Source: a virus
Strand: one strand, 5' to 3'
Virus record (IMG/VR): IMGVR_UViG_3300025860_000003
Location: 32,001 to 96,000 of that record
Length of the DNA stretch: 64,000 nt
This document shows positions 35,932-45,885 of this stretch, in pieces. Each line of letters starts with the position of its first letter. Positions within the stretch are counted from its first letter, which is position 1. Both the position numbers and the translations under genes were made by a program. Under the pieces are notes generated by a model. That model searched no databases and was not told the DNA's origin. It was given only the letters and a program-made list of their open reading frames with translations.

Positions 35932-36996
35932 TTACTTTTTAATGCTTTTTGAAATGGCATTCAAGTAAGCAGACATACCCGCATCAACAGGCGCTTCAGT
36001 CTCTTCAGCAAGCTCAAGAGGCTCATCATCAACAATTACTTCCTCAACGACAACTTCTTCTTTAGTGAAGTAGTTCTCTTTGATCACCTCTAACTTAGCA
36101 GCAAAAGATTCTTGGTCTTCAAATTCAACACCTTCAGACAAAGACTTTAACTTAGCAGCTTGAGATTCAGTAATGCTTCCGCAAGCAGCAGACAAGATCA
36201 CAGACTTCTGTGACTCAATCAACTCTTTGCGAAGAACGATGTTTCTTTCCATTTCTTCGTTGATAGAAGATTCGAGATCAGTAACTTTAGACGCTAATTC
36301 GTCAACCAAGTCAACTTTCTCTTCTGGGATATCGATGTAGTTTTCAGTGAACAGACCGCGCAATCCAGTCATAAAGTTCTCAACGATCTCAGCACGGATG
36401 CCTTGCTCGACTGCCAACTCATTCTCTTGCATCCACTCTTCAGCGACATACTCAAGGTAGTCGTCTAAGCGAGTAGACAGAGACTCAGAAATAGTAGTCT
36501 TTTCAGCTTCAAGTTCAGCTTCAAAATCAACAGTTACAGATTCAAGAATCTCGTTGACCTTAGAAACAACAGCAGCTTCGAAGATAGTAGTGGCTTTAGA
36601 TACAAAATCTTCTGAAAGATCTTGACCGCTAAACATTGCTTCAACGTCTTCTGATACGACTACGTCTTCGGCACTGATTTGACGGATCTCTTTGATTGAT
36701 TGTGTTTCGATTTCTTCAGAAACTTCTTCAGCTTCAAAACCTTCAACCTTCAAAGACGCCATAATTGATTCGTATGATGCGCTGATGTCGTCTTTCTTCA
36801 TGCCTTTAACAGCATCCATCATTGCGTTGATCATACCAACTTTAGTTTTTGGTAAAGAAGTTTGCTTGGGAGCACCTTTCTTAATGTCAGTTGCTGAATC
36901 GTCGGCGATTTTCTCACCGTCAACTACAGAATCAACTGTTGCTTCATCAAGGGCATCAGTTGTTTCTACAACACCCTCTAGTTCTAAATCAGACAT
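35932..36996 (-). CDS. gp22: prohead core scaffold protein
   Basis: KATTIFEAAV...DDYLEYVAEEW..EN..A.E.GIR.E; position between gp21 and gp23. Confidence 0.95.
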   Translation of the reverse strand: MSDLELEGVVETTDALDEATVDSVVDGEKIADDSATDIKKGAPKQTSLPKTKVGMINAMMDAVKGMKKDDISASYESIMASLKVEGFEAEEVSEEIETQSIKEIRQISAEDVVVSEDVEAMFSGQDLSEDFVSKATTIFEAAVVSKVNEILESVTVDFEAELEAEKTTISESLSTRLDDYLEYVAEEWMQENELAVEQGIRAEIVENFMTGLRGLFTENYIDIPEEKVDLVDELASKVTDLESSINEEMERNIVLRKELIESQKSVILSAACGSITESQAAKLKSLSEGVEFEDQESFAAKLEVIKENYFTKEEVVVEEVIVDDEPLELAEETEAPVDAGMSAYLNAISKSIKK

Positions 36997-37028
36997 GGAT
37001 TTCTCCTTTAAATTAATTGAATACAGTC

Positions 37029-37036
37029 TATTTATA
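37029..37036 (-). promoter_or_regulatory. late promoter TATAAATA (gp22)
   Basis: Exact consensus. Confidence 0.8.
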
Positions 37037-37041
37037 AAAAT

Positions 37042-37698
37042 TTATAATTTGGAAATAAAGTCGCTAAACACAGCCATTTTCGCTTCTTCTAAGTCGCGCA
37101 TCGTAGCTTTTTGTATCTTCTTCTGGTATTCCGCAACTTGCGATTCACGGATGATGCCATTTTCCCAAACCCACTCCTTTCCTTCCATGATGCCTTGTAC
37201 AAACGCATCTGGAGCGGATGGATCAGCCACAATATCAGCTGCAGTAGCTAAGTAGAAGTCACTCTGCACTTCGCCAACACCGCTTTTAGTTTGCTTAACC
37301 GAACCCATTCCCCGAGACGAAACACCTAATTGAGCGCCCTCGTCCATTAATGACTTAACGATAGCACCATAAGGTGTTTCAGTCATAATTTTTGCACGAC
37401 CCATGAAGTTTGAGCCATCACGCTCTAACTTAGTGATCATATGAGATACACGCTCTAGGTTTATACTTGGACCTTGTGGATGACCAAGCTCACCATAAGC
37501 ACGATTCTTCTTAACATAAGATTCGTTATATCTATTTATCTCTTTGTCCAAAATCTCTGCAGGATACACTCGACCGTTACGGTTCTGGATATCGCCTTGC
37601 AAGAATACGCCCTCGATGAAATACGACTTCTTGCCGTTTTCATCTTTGGCTTCGGTTAGATAATTAATATCTTCATTTACTTCGCATATGAGTTTCAT
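37042..37698 (-). CDS. gp21: prohead protease
   Basis: NRNGRVY, GELGHP, GVSSRGMGS and DIVADPSAPDAFV motifs. Confidence 0.97.
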   Translation of the reverse strand: MKLICEVNEDINYLTEAKDENGKKSYFIEGVFLQGDIQNRNGRVYPAEILDKEINRYNESYVKKNRAYGELGHPQGPSINLERVSHMITKLERDGSNFMGRAKIMTETPYGAIVKSLMDEGAQLGVSSRGMGSVKQTKSGVGEVQSDFYLATAADIVADPSAPDAFVQGIMEGKEWVWENGIIRESQVAEYQKKIQKATMRDLEEAKMAVFSDFISKL

Positions 37699-37699
37699 A

Positions 37700-37957
37700 T
37701 TAGTAACCTGCGTTTGCTATAGCTGTGCCGTAGAAAGTTGCGGCACCGCGTAGACCTTGACCGTCTGCTAAATGGAGAACAATACCTGAGCCAGCACCAA
37801 CATATACTGTTCCGATGTTAGCGTCATCTGCAGCATTGCGGACAGTGGCGACCGCAGCAGCAGTATGTGTATTGAATACATACACAGCGTGTTGTCCAGT
37901 TGTATCGAATTTTGTTGTGTCGGCAGCGAATACTGTTGCTGTACCTAGTACCTTCAT
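37700..37957 (-). CDS. small virion-associated hypothetical protein
   Basis: ORF in head operon. Confidence 0.65.
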   Translation of the reverse strand: MKVLGTATVFAADTTKFDTTGQHAVYVFNTHTAAAVATVRNAADDANIGTVYVGAGSGIVLHLADGQGLRGAATFYGTAIANAGY

Positions 37958-38565
37958 GACTTACCCCCGAATGCGATGTCAACCAACTGAAACATTCCTT
38001 CAGGCGATTTCTCTAACATCTTCTCAGCCTTTGCTGAATTTGCAGGGTTTAATTTATTTAGCATGTTAACAAGAGCAGATGCAGTAGTCATGTCAATTGT
38101 CTCAGACTTACCGTTACCAAACTTAACTTTCTTGGCAGACTTAGTCTTTACAATATCGTTTAACTGGTCGACAACTTTGCCTTCAGCAAGGTCTGACACT
38201 TCAACAGCTTCTTCGCCTAGTTGTACTAGGAATTTGCCGCCAGAGTCTTTCACAGCCTTACCTTTATGCTTTTTTGCGAGCTTATCCGCCTTTGATTTAT
38301 CAAAGAGACCAGCATCAGCGTATCCGTCATCAGACTCGCCAGTACCTTTTTGATTCAGATACTTTTCTTCAGTAATCTCTGCACGATCGCCATCAAACTG
38401 ATGATCGCCAGCAACTGGATGTTTTGTTACAGTCATTTTATGTTTTGCTTTAAAATCCTGCTCACCCTTGGCGCGTGGCTCCAAAACATCCTTTTCAGTA
38501 TTGTCATTTGGACGACCGCCAGAAGCAGCTTCGGAAACGAACGATTTAAATCTTTTGATAGCCAT
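37954..38565 (-). CDS. putative prohead core / internal head protein (gp68 position)
   Basis: Position; possible gp21-type cleavage sites (ITE, LAE, VSE). Confidence 0.6.
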   Translation of the reverse strand: MAIKRFKSFVSEAASGGRPNDNTEKDVLEPRAKGEQDFKAKHKMTVTKHPVAGDHQFDGDRAEITEEKYLNQKGTGESDDGYADAGLFDKSKADKLAKKHKGKAVKDSGGKFLVQLGEEAVEVSDLAEGKVVDQLNDIVKTKSAKKVKFGNGKSETIDMTTASALVNMLNKLNPANSAKAEKMLEKSPEGMFQLVDIAFGGKS

Positions 38566-38574
38566 TATTCTGCC

Positions 38575-38784
38575 TTATTCCTCTGGTTCTTGATCAGCAT
38601 CTGGTGCTGACATAAAATTTGTAGAGACATCGTGTGTCTTTATCTCTATAGAATCCTTAATTTTATCCATCAATAAATCATTAACAACGTTCTTAAACGC
38701 TGCTACATCACCATTTACCGCAGCATTAATAGCGTCAATCGACGTAACTGCATTTTCTTCATCACTCATAATATTCTCCAACAT
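38575..38784 (-). CDS. gp67-like prohead core protein
   Basis: Small acidic ORF after the portal gene. Confidence 0.6.
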   Translation of the reverse strand: MLENIMSDEENAVTSIDAINAAVNGDVAAFKNVVNDLLMDKIKDSIEIKTHDVSTNFMSAPDADQEPEE

Positions 38785-38796
38785 ACATATGTATTA

Positions 38797-38804
38797 TATT
38801 TATA
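38797..38804 (-). promoter_or_regulatory. late promoter TATAAATA
   Basis: Exact consensus. Confidence 0.8.
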
Positions 38805-38817
38805 AGAGCAATAATCT

Positions 38818-40314
38818 TTATTCAAGATCATCGCCATCTTCTTCGCCCGCACCCTCTTCTTGCATCTCACCGTCCATCGTTTCGATGTCTTCTTCAGACT
38901 GCATCAATACCGTTTTACGAATCCACGCTTCCGAGAAATACTTACCAGCGTACTGATCAACGTCTTGTAATAAAGACAGACGCTCTCTCATAACTTCAGA
39001 TGTTTTTAGTTCAGAAAAGTGGTTGTCTTCAGCAAAGTTGAACCGCAACTCTTTGGATATTTCTTTCCACTCATCTTTAGTGATAACACCCTTCAATAAG
39101 AGCTGCTTCTCTAAGATGATTAGGAATAGTTCTGAGAATCTACTTCTTAGTCTCTTAACAAACTTTGAAAATTTCAACTCATCACGATTAATCTCTGATG
39201 CTCGACCAAGATTGAACTGTCCGTCAGAGGATAGTCTTGATGAAGGAACATTTAATGATTCGTATAGTTTTCTTTTGAAGTATTCAACGTCATCCATCTC
39301 GCCGAGGTTTTGACCTCCTGGAAGTGTGGTTATCTCTGTGCCGCTGCTGCCCTCTCTTCGAGGAAGCCAATAATCTTCAAGCATGGTTAAATGTTTACGA
39401 GAATCATTAACCGCACCAGTGTTAGCATCATACACTAACTTATTCTTGTGCTTAACCATCATATCACGCAAGTATTGCTCGGCTTTAGCCTTTGGCAAAT
39501 TACCTACATCTATGTAAAAAATTCTTCGCTCAGGAGCGCGTGCGAGACGATAAATTACAGTCGCGTCTTCCAGCATACGAAGTTGGTTTAATGGCTTCAC
39601 GGCTTTTTGTAGATGACCGAGAACCATGCTGTTCTGTTGATCCATCACACCACTATGTACATATGCTATAGAGTCAAGGGATATTTTAACACCTTGATTG
39701 CCTGCAGCAACGCCTTTACTGGAGTAGATGAAGTATTCGTTGTATTTCTTTGGAAGAGCTTGTTTGTTCTGTATTCCAGCATTAGCGCCAGAGTCACGTT
39801 TTTCTGACCGCACTTTTTTGATCTTTCGCGGATCAATATACCTTAGCTCTTGTATGCCTGCCGAAATATTGGCAGTGTCGATCATAATATGGTAGTATAG
39901 ACGACCGTCTACATACCAATTTCTGAAGATGTCATAACCTTTTGTGTCAAAGTCTAATAGACTCAACACTTCGTCAAACTCTTCTCGAATTCTTTTCTTT
40001 ATCGCGTCAGCGTGTTTAATCTCATCAACAACAACTTCCACCGCCGACTTGTTATCTTCAAACACAACAGCTTCGTTGATAATATCATCTACAGCCTTAT
40101 CGCATTCACCTTGTTGCGACATATCTCTATATCGCGTGATCAGTGCGGTCTCGGACTTTGCCGAACCCTCTAAATCAACTGTGGTGCCGAAAGCCCCGCC
40201 AGCATTTACATCCAAAGCCCCATCACTGTTAGGTGGTGGTGCGAATGACTGCACTGTGGGTGGAGTTTCTTCTTCTTTGCGTCCGATCTGGAAGCCGAAA
40301 AGTTCTAATGCCAT
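38818..40314 (-). CDS. gp20: portal protein
   Basis: WYVDGR, YIDPRKI, YRLARAPERRIFYIDVGNLPK and EDYWLPRREG motifs. Confidence 0.98.
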   Translation of the reverse strand: MALELFGFQIGRKEEETPPTVQSFAPPPNSDGALDVNAGGAFGTTVDLEGSAKSETALITRYRDMSQQGECDKAVDDIINEAVVFEDNKSAVEVVVDEIKHADAIKKRIREEFDEVLSLLDFDTKGYDIFRNWYVDGRLYYHIMIDTANISAGIQELRYIDPRKIKKVRSEKRDSGANAGIQNKQALPKKYNEYFIYSSKGVAAGNQGVKISLDSIAYVHSGVMDQQNSMVLGHLQKAVKPLNQLRMLEDATVIYRLARAPERRIFYIDVGNLPKAKAEQYLRDMMVKHKNKLVYDANTGAVNDSRKHLTMLEDYWLPRREGSSGTEITTLPGGQNLGEMDDVEYFKRKLYESLNVPSSRLSSDGQFNLGRASEINRDELKFSKFVKRLRSRFSELFLIILEKQLLLKGVITKDEWKEISKELRFNFAEDNHFSELKTSEVMRERLSLLQDVDQYAGKYFSEAWIRKTVLMQSEEDIETMDGEMQEEGAGEEDGDDLE

Positions 40315-40386
40315 CTTGATAGTATCCTCATTATTAATAGGGGCAACACATAGTATTTATGCGTGCCCCCAGATCACTTTTTAGGA

Positions 40387-40935
40387 CTAGATGCCGCCAG
40401 CATTGCCAGTAGAGCCGCCCGCAACTTCCCAATAATCATACTGGAATGTTACGCCATACTCTTGGATGCCTTCGTTATCCCACGCCAAGTCGATAGCACC
40501 GACTTCTGAAGGATACAAGCCAACAAAGTTGTAAACACGGAGTATTGCGCCGTCTTTACCGAACTGTGTTACTTGAGCATTAGACTTATACAAGCTAGGA
40601 GCAGTACCGCCAGCAGTATTCAAGTTACCCTGAGCACTGTTGATAGAGTGTGACCACTGTTCCATAGCATTACGGATGCCAAAGTCTTCGTCATTGATAA
40701 TAGTTGGTGCCCATTCAGCATAAGTGCGGTTTCCAGCCAACTTGATTTGGCGACCGAAGTATGGAACTTCAACCGTACCAAGTGTAGAGGCAGGAATTTG
40801 CGCAGCTTTCACCATGAATGAAACTTGTTGATCAGCAACACCATTGATTGGATTTGTAATCTGGACTTGGAAAAGCGATGACCGAGCACCGCCCCCCTTT
40901 AAAGCACCAGAGAAATCATTTACGTTAAACGCCAT
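40387..40935 (-). CDS. gp19: tail tube protein
   Basis: GARSSLF...VPYFGRQIKLAGNRT...W..TIINDEDF. Confidence 0.96.
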   Translation of the reverse strand: MAFNVNDFSGALKGGGARSSLFQVQITNPINGVADQQVSFMVKAAQIPASTLGTVEVPYFGRQIKLAGNRTYAEWAPTIINDEDFGIRNAMEQWSHSINSAQGNLNTAGGTAPSLYKSNAQVTQFGKDGAILRVYNFVGLYPSEVGAIDLAWDNEGIQEYGVTFQYDYWEVAGGSTGNAGGI

Positions 40936-40962
40936 TTTTAAATCTCCCGATAATCTTTATAT

Positions 40963-42867
40963 TTATGCGCGACCAACAATCTCAGAGAACTCAACACCGC
41001 TGCGTACTGCAACAAAGTTCAACTGAATAAAGTTGATTGATCGGGCTGGTTTAATGTAGATATCACCAATGAATTCATTGCGGTCTACAACTTCGCCAGT
41101 ATTATTTGTTCCGTCACATACAACAACGAAATCAGTAATACCACGACGACCTTGAACATCACGTAAGAAAGGTTCTACCAAGTTTCTGAACTGGCTTCGA
41201 GTGAAATCATCATTGAATTCAAACAAAGTGAATTTAGAAGCAGTAGAGATAGCCTTTTCTAAAACGATAAACAGGCGACGAACATTGATACGATCAAACG
41301 CAGATGGCTTAGACAATAACGTCTTATCACCGAACAGTACAGTACCCTGTCCAGGAAATGTAGTTACTGGGTTGATGCCTTTCTTGTAAAGGGCATCACG
41401 ATCGCCTTTGCTTGGGTTATAAGCAAGTTTGATAACGTTCTTAACGTTGCCACGGTTGAAGCCAGCAGGTGAGAACCATGGATCACGAACCAAGTCCGTT
41501 TGAACCATAAGTCCAGCAGTGTCAGCATTCAATGGAACATAGCGATAAACATCATTGTACTTATCGTACTGATATTTCCAGCCAGAATCCATAACGGCAT
41601 ATGAAGATGATGGCAAACCATTACGGAATGCGATAACGTCTTCAGTTTCTTTGCCAGCATAGCTATTGTTATTAACAACATCAGCACGCTCTGGAGACAA
41701 TACAACGATACAATCTTTACGAGACTCAGCAATATTGCTGATCAAGTGTGTCGCTAGTGTAGTGTCAGCACTGCCGCCGAGTAGGAAAGAAACATCAACA
41801 TCTTCAGCAGACTTAAATAAGTCATAGCCGTTGATTTTGTTTGCTTCAGTCAAGTCGCCGCCGCCAGTACCACCAGCAAGATCCACGTTAGTTACAATAA
41901 CGGTTTCAGTGGCGAAGTTAGTAGACTTCGCAGCACCAGAACCGTTATATGCTGCGCCACCGATGCTGAGATAAGCAGACTGCTGGTTGATAACATTTAA
42001 CCAGTAGTTGCCAGCACCTTGTTCAGTCTTAGCATCAACAGCAAGCGAAACGCTCGAATATGTTTCTAGAACTGATCCAGCAACGCCAGTAAATGCGCCT
42101 TCAGCGTCAATTACAACAACGTGTACTTCATCGTCTTGACCACCAGATGCAAGAGCATCAGCAGTTGTAACAGGAGCATCGTCAAACAGACCGTAGTATT
42201 CCCACTTACGATTCAATGACTTCTCAGTAGCACCAACTGCAATTGTAGGAGCATCATATGGCTTGTTCAGAGTGATTACAGTATCAGAACCAGACGCAGC
42301 GAATGATTTTACTGTGCGAGTCAATTCAGTGTTATTTGGACCAATAACGATTGTATCACCGACTTGTAAAACGTCACTAATGTCATCATCACCAGTAACA
42401 AGGATTGTACTAGCACCACGTGTTGCGCTGTAAGTTACATTAGTGTTTGATTCCCATGCTCTTGCTCCAGCACAGACAGATACTTTGATCGAATTACCCA
42501 ATTCACCAGCATACTTAGCATAAAATGTTTCAGCAGCAGGGATTGTTGAGTCTTCGTTTTTAATTAGTGCGGCGTTACCAGCTGTTCCAGCAGCATTTTT
42601 GGCATCTGTATGAACAACACGAACTACGTTCAGTGCGTTTCCATATGCTAAAAAGTTGGCTGCGGTGAAAAAATCTGTCGCATTGTTTGAGTTTGGTTTT
42701 TGGAATATGCTTACGAGACGATCTTCGCTGTCGACCAGAACACGCTGATCAGCTGGACCCCAACGAAATGCACCAGCAATCGCACCTTCAGTGGTGGATA
42801 CAGCAGGGACAACCGTTGTAAGATCAATCTCACTTACATTAACTCCAGGACTTACTTGGAATGGCAT
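40963..42867 (-). CDS. gp18: tail sheath protein
   Basis: SPGVNVSEID, PWFSPAGFNRG and FDRINVRRLF motifs. Confidence 0.98.
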   Translation of the reverse strand: MPFQVSPGVNVSEIDLTTVVPAVSTTEGAIAGAFRWGPADQRVLVDSEDRLVSIFQKPNSNNATDFFTAANFLAYGNALNVVRVVHTDAKNAAGTAGNAALIKNEDSTIPAAETFYAKYAGELGNSIKVSVCAGARAWESNTNVTYSATRGASTILVTGDDDISDVLQVGDTIVIGPNNTELTRTVKSFAASGSDTVITLNKPYDAPTIAVGATEKSLNRKWEYYGLFDDAPVTTADALASGGQDDEVHVVVIDAEGAFTGVAGSVLETYSSVSLAVDAKTEQGAGNYWLNVINQQSAYLSIGGAAYNGSGAAKSTNFATETVIVTNVDLAGGTGGGDLTEANKINGYDLFKSAEDVDVSFLLGGSADTTLATHLISNIAESRKDCIVVLSPERADVVNNNSYAGKETEDVIAFRNGLPSSSYAVMDSGWKYQYDKYNDVYRYVPLNADTAGLMVQTDLVRDPWFSPAGFNRGNVKNVIKLAYNPSKGDRDALYKKGINPVTTFPGQGTVLFGDKTLLSKPSAFDRINVRRLFIVLEKAISTASKFTLFEFNDDFTRSQFRNLVEPFLRDVQGRRGITDFVVVCDGTNNTGEVVDRNEFIGDIYIKPARSINFIQLNFVAVRSGVEFSEIVGRA

Positions 42868-42912
42868 TGTTATTCTCCTTTGAAGAGTTTTAATTTTTCA
42901 ATTCAGACTTGA

Positions 42913-42920
42913 TATTTATA
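42913..42920 (-). promoter_or_regulatory. late promoter TATAAATA (gp18)
   Basis: Exact consensus. Confidence 0.8.
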
Positions 42921-42932
42921 AAAACTCAAAGT

Positions 42933-44573
42933 TTAGTAATTATTGAAGTTCCCGTGTGTGACATAACTATCTATGTCGAACGCTTCTGATTGCGGGTGGA
43001 CTACAACGTTTTCATCGGGCATGCCATCATCGTGAAATCCGAACGGCAGCATACTCTCCATCATCTCTTTATTAGACTTTTCTCTCAGCTGCATTACAGT
43101 ACTGATGTCTGTCATATCTTTAAAATATGCTTGATCGCTTAACCAAGCAAATAAAACGAGACACATAACAAGATCGTCATGCGCCCCTGATTCAGCTTCA
43201 TACGAGTTTCTCTTTCTCGAAAAAGTTGACAATTCTTTTATGGTTTGGAAGTCATTGAGTATCAGTTGTTCTTGTTCGATCAACAACTTCAGGATTGAAC
43301 AACCTACAGCCTTAACGCTCTTTGTTGTCCGTATACCCTTGTCACAACGCTTACCAAAACCAGTAGAAATTCTTTTACCAGAGCGTCCTGCGCTTTCGGT
43401 GTATAGAATGTTCTCATACTCATACTCATAATGTACCAATTCAGCAACCTGTTCTCCAATGTCGTTTATTTCGACAAGAACGGTTGCTTCATTATATCTT
43501 TTACCAGTTCTATATATTACTTCTGCATATTCAGCAGGAGTGATAAAGTTATCTCTATACACACAGACCTGCTCGTATGGCATTTTTGTGATGTCTATTA
43601 TCTGGAACGCAGAGTAATCAAGTCCCTTTCCTCTAGATACATCAACGATACATGCGTATTGATGTTCTGGTTCAGGCTTCTTATACATTGAGATACCGCT
43701 TCCCTCAATGATAGGCTCTTGGTGCACCAACGTCTTTAGCTTACTTCCCTCAATTAATGTCCCCGAACTCCCCAGAAACTGACATTCATATTCTTGAGCA
43801 AACTTCTCCTGATCATAATCCATAGCCTGCAACGTTTCTTCTTTCCACGCAGCGTCACGTCCAGGAACATCATCCCAATTAACTTTAACAAACTGATACC
43901 CATTTGTGCCTTTACTCGCACCCTCACAGGTCTTGTAAAAATGGTTCAATCCATTTGGTGTAGATGTCAATAGTATCTTGGTCGTATTACCTGATGATAT
44001 TGTTGGAAACACTGAAGCAAAGAACTCATCCCAGTTCTCTACGAATGCAGTCTCATCAATATACAAGAATGATACAGACTTACCACGAATAGCGGATGAG
44101 GATGTCGCCGCAGCAATGATCTTACAACCATTCTCAAAAGTAACCGAACCCTTGTTCCACTCAACAACACCCTGTTGCATCCATTGCGGTAATGCTTCAT
44201 ATGCTATCTTGATTCGATCTAGAATCTCACGAGCAGCGTCACCTTTGTTTGCTAATAATGCAACAGTCTTATGTTCGTTGAATAGTATGAACTGTAAGAT
44301 AACCGCAACCGCAGTTGTTGTCTTACCAGCCTGTCGTGATGTTACTACAGCCGCTCTACGATTATTGGTTATCTTGTCAATAATCTCGCGCTGATAATCA
44401 TACAGGCGCATTGGTATTAAGCCGTGATCTACATGAACAATCTGTATGTAGTTCTCAGCAAAATAGATCGGATCTCTAGCGCATTTCACATATTCTGCGA
44501 CTTGCTCTTGAGTCCAATTGATTTGAACGCCCTTCTTTTTTAGAAGAGCATTGCCATTATATGTATCAGCCAA
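42933..44573 (-). CDS. gp17: terminase large subunit (TTG start)
   Basis: SRQAGKTT, YIDETAF, STPNGLNHFY, DVSRG.G.DYS and HDDLVM motifs. Confidence 0.98.
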   Translation of the reverse strand: MADTYNGNALLKKKGVQINWTQEQVAEYVKCARDPIYFAENYIQIVHVDHGLIPMRLYDYQREIIDKITNNRRAAVVTSRQAGKTTTAVAVILQFILFNEHKTVALLANKGDAAREILDRIKIAYEALPQWMQQGVVEWNKGSVTFENGCKIIAAATSSSAIRGKSVSFLYIDETAFVENWDEFFASVFPTISSGNTTKILLTSTPNGLNHFYKTCEGASKGTNGYQFVKVNWDDVPGRDAAWKEETLQAMDYDQEKFAQEYECQFLGSSGTLIEGSKLKTLVHQEPIIEGSGISMYKKPEPEHQYACIVDVSRGKGLDYSAFQIIDITKMPYEQVCVYRDNFITPAEYAEVIYRTGKRYNEATVLVEINDIGEQVAELVHYEYEYENILYTESAGRSGKRISTGFGKRCDKGIRTTKSVKAVGCSILKLLIEQEQLILNDFQTIKELSTFSRKRNSYEAESGAHDDLVMCLVLFAWLSDQAYFKDMTDISTVMQLREKSNKEMMESMLPFGFHDDGMPDENVVVHPQSEAFDIDSYVTHGNFNNY

Positions 44574-44616
44574 TTACGTCAACAACTCGAATAATCTTAC
44601 ATCTATATTCATACAT
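44566..44616 (-). pseudogene. 16-codon remnant of a staphylococcal-nuclease (SNase)-like gene
   Basis: MYEYRCKIIRVVDVIG*: matches the MYEY.....RVVDGDT start of phage thermonucleases and breaks at the DGDT motif. Confidence 0.6.
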
Positions 44617-45046
44617 TTTTATCATCACCATTAATTAGTTTTTGGAGATCCGCAGTGCTGCCGACATACAATGTGTTGTTGGTCACGCCAGCTGAGGGGT
44701 CTTTTGTTTCTTCTTCACGTAAAATTTTGACTTTCTTCTGTATATCGAGCAAGTCTTTATTCGCCTCAACTAAGGTCTTCGTTAGCTGAGAGACCACCTC
44801 GAACGCCCGAGGATGCTCACTCGCCTTCGCAAGCTCTAATAGGTTATCTAAGGCAAAGGTTCCTTTCTCTATAACATCATAGAGATTATCTCTTGCATAA
44901 TGGTAGTCTTCGGAGATGTCATCTGGGAGAGACTTAGCCTTTTCTTCAAAGTTGGCTCTCCTTAATGAGTGGGTGGGCGCATCATCTACTAGCTCTGATT
45001 CTACGTCAAATATCTCATTCAAATTATCTGTAACATTATTTTTCAT
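44609..45046 (-). CDS. gp16: terminase small subunit
   Basis: DYHYARDNL...A..SEHPRAFEV...NNTLYVGSTADLQK. Confidence 0.95.
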   Translation of the reverse strand: MKNNVTDNLNEIFDVESELVDDAPTHSLRRANFEEKAKSLPDDISEDYHYARDNLYDVIEKGTFALDNLLELAKASEHPRAFEVVSQLTKTLVEANKDLLDIQKKVKILREEETKDPSAGVTNNTLYVGSTADLQKLINGDDKNV

Positions 45047-45060
45047 ATCAATTATCTTTT

Positions 45061-45885
45061 TTAACTACTGAAAAAATCTTCTTTATCAAACGCAAACCCA
45101 AAGTTGTTGTCTGAAGTTATTGTAGATGTCGCAACACTAGCAGAGGAGTTTGCTGTCGGAGTGCCGTCAGGCAGTAATCCAGGAGTCAATGTCGTTCTGC
45201 TCTGAGGATCTACAGCTGGGTTTGGAACAAACGTTTCAGAGGGTATTCCAATGTCAACGATTGATCTCTTAATAACACCCTTAGTGTTTACTGGACCGAA
45301 AATATAACCCTTGACTGTGAAGTTAAAAGAGTATATAATAGCTCTGCGTGTTTGATAATCTGCTTCATATGAGTCTTCTATTGACATGCCTTGTAGTACA
45401 GTTGGTATGTCATAATAGTGTCCTGTCTCTGGAACCAACTTAACACTATGTGTGAACTCAGGTCTGAAGTAAGGAAGTATCTGCTCAACTACTTGTACAG
45501 CATCTTCGTTATTCGCAAACATCCCATATAACGTTATATTTATATCATACGGAACAGGTGTGAATTGTGATGACATCGCCTGATTGTTTGTTCCAACACT
45601 AGTGTTTCTCTGTAGCTTATTCAGCCCACGATTAGCACTGTATGACATATCAGTTATCTCAAACGAAAGTCTAGGAAGTTGTGTTGCCACTTTCCTATCT
45701 AAGTTTGGATCTTGATTCAGCCTTGCTAGAAACTTTTCTTTTGGACCATATGCAATAGGAACGCGAATTGCTTGTGTAGCATTTCCATCGTTATCTTTAC
45801 GCACAATATCAATATCATTAAACATTCTTCCGAACATAATGATGTATTTTCGTAGTGCGCCGTGATCGTAGTGTGATCCGAACAT
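45061..45885 (-). CDS. gp15: tail sheath stabiliser / terminator protein
   Basis: FG.MFNDI...VPIAYGPKEKF...LPRLSFE...EQILPYF.P. Confidence 0.95.
   Translation of the reverse strand: MFGSHYDHGALRKYIIMFGRMFNDIDIVRKDNDGNATQAIRVPIAYGPKEKFLARLNQDPNLDRKVATQLPRLSFEITDMSYSANRGLNKLQRNTSVGTNNQAMSSQFTPVPYDINITLYGMFANNEDAVQVVEQILPYFRPEFTHSVKLVPETGHYYDIPTVLQGMSIEDSYEADYQTRRAIIYSFNFTVKGYIFGPVNTKGVIKRSIVDIGIPSETFVPNPAVDPQSRTTLTPGLLPDGTPTANSSASVATSTITSDNNFGFAFDKEDFFSS

Noticed and set aside
40340-40370. Hairpin with CATAAATA between gp19 and gp20 (similar variants at 40960 and 63064)
   Set aside because: Probably variant late promoters, but they are one mismatch from consensus and ordinary for T4-like phages; not reported as firm features.
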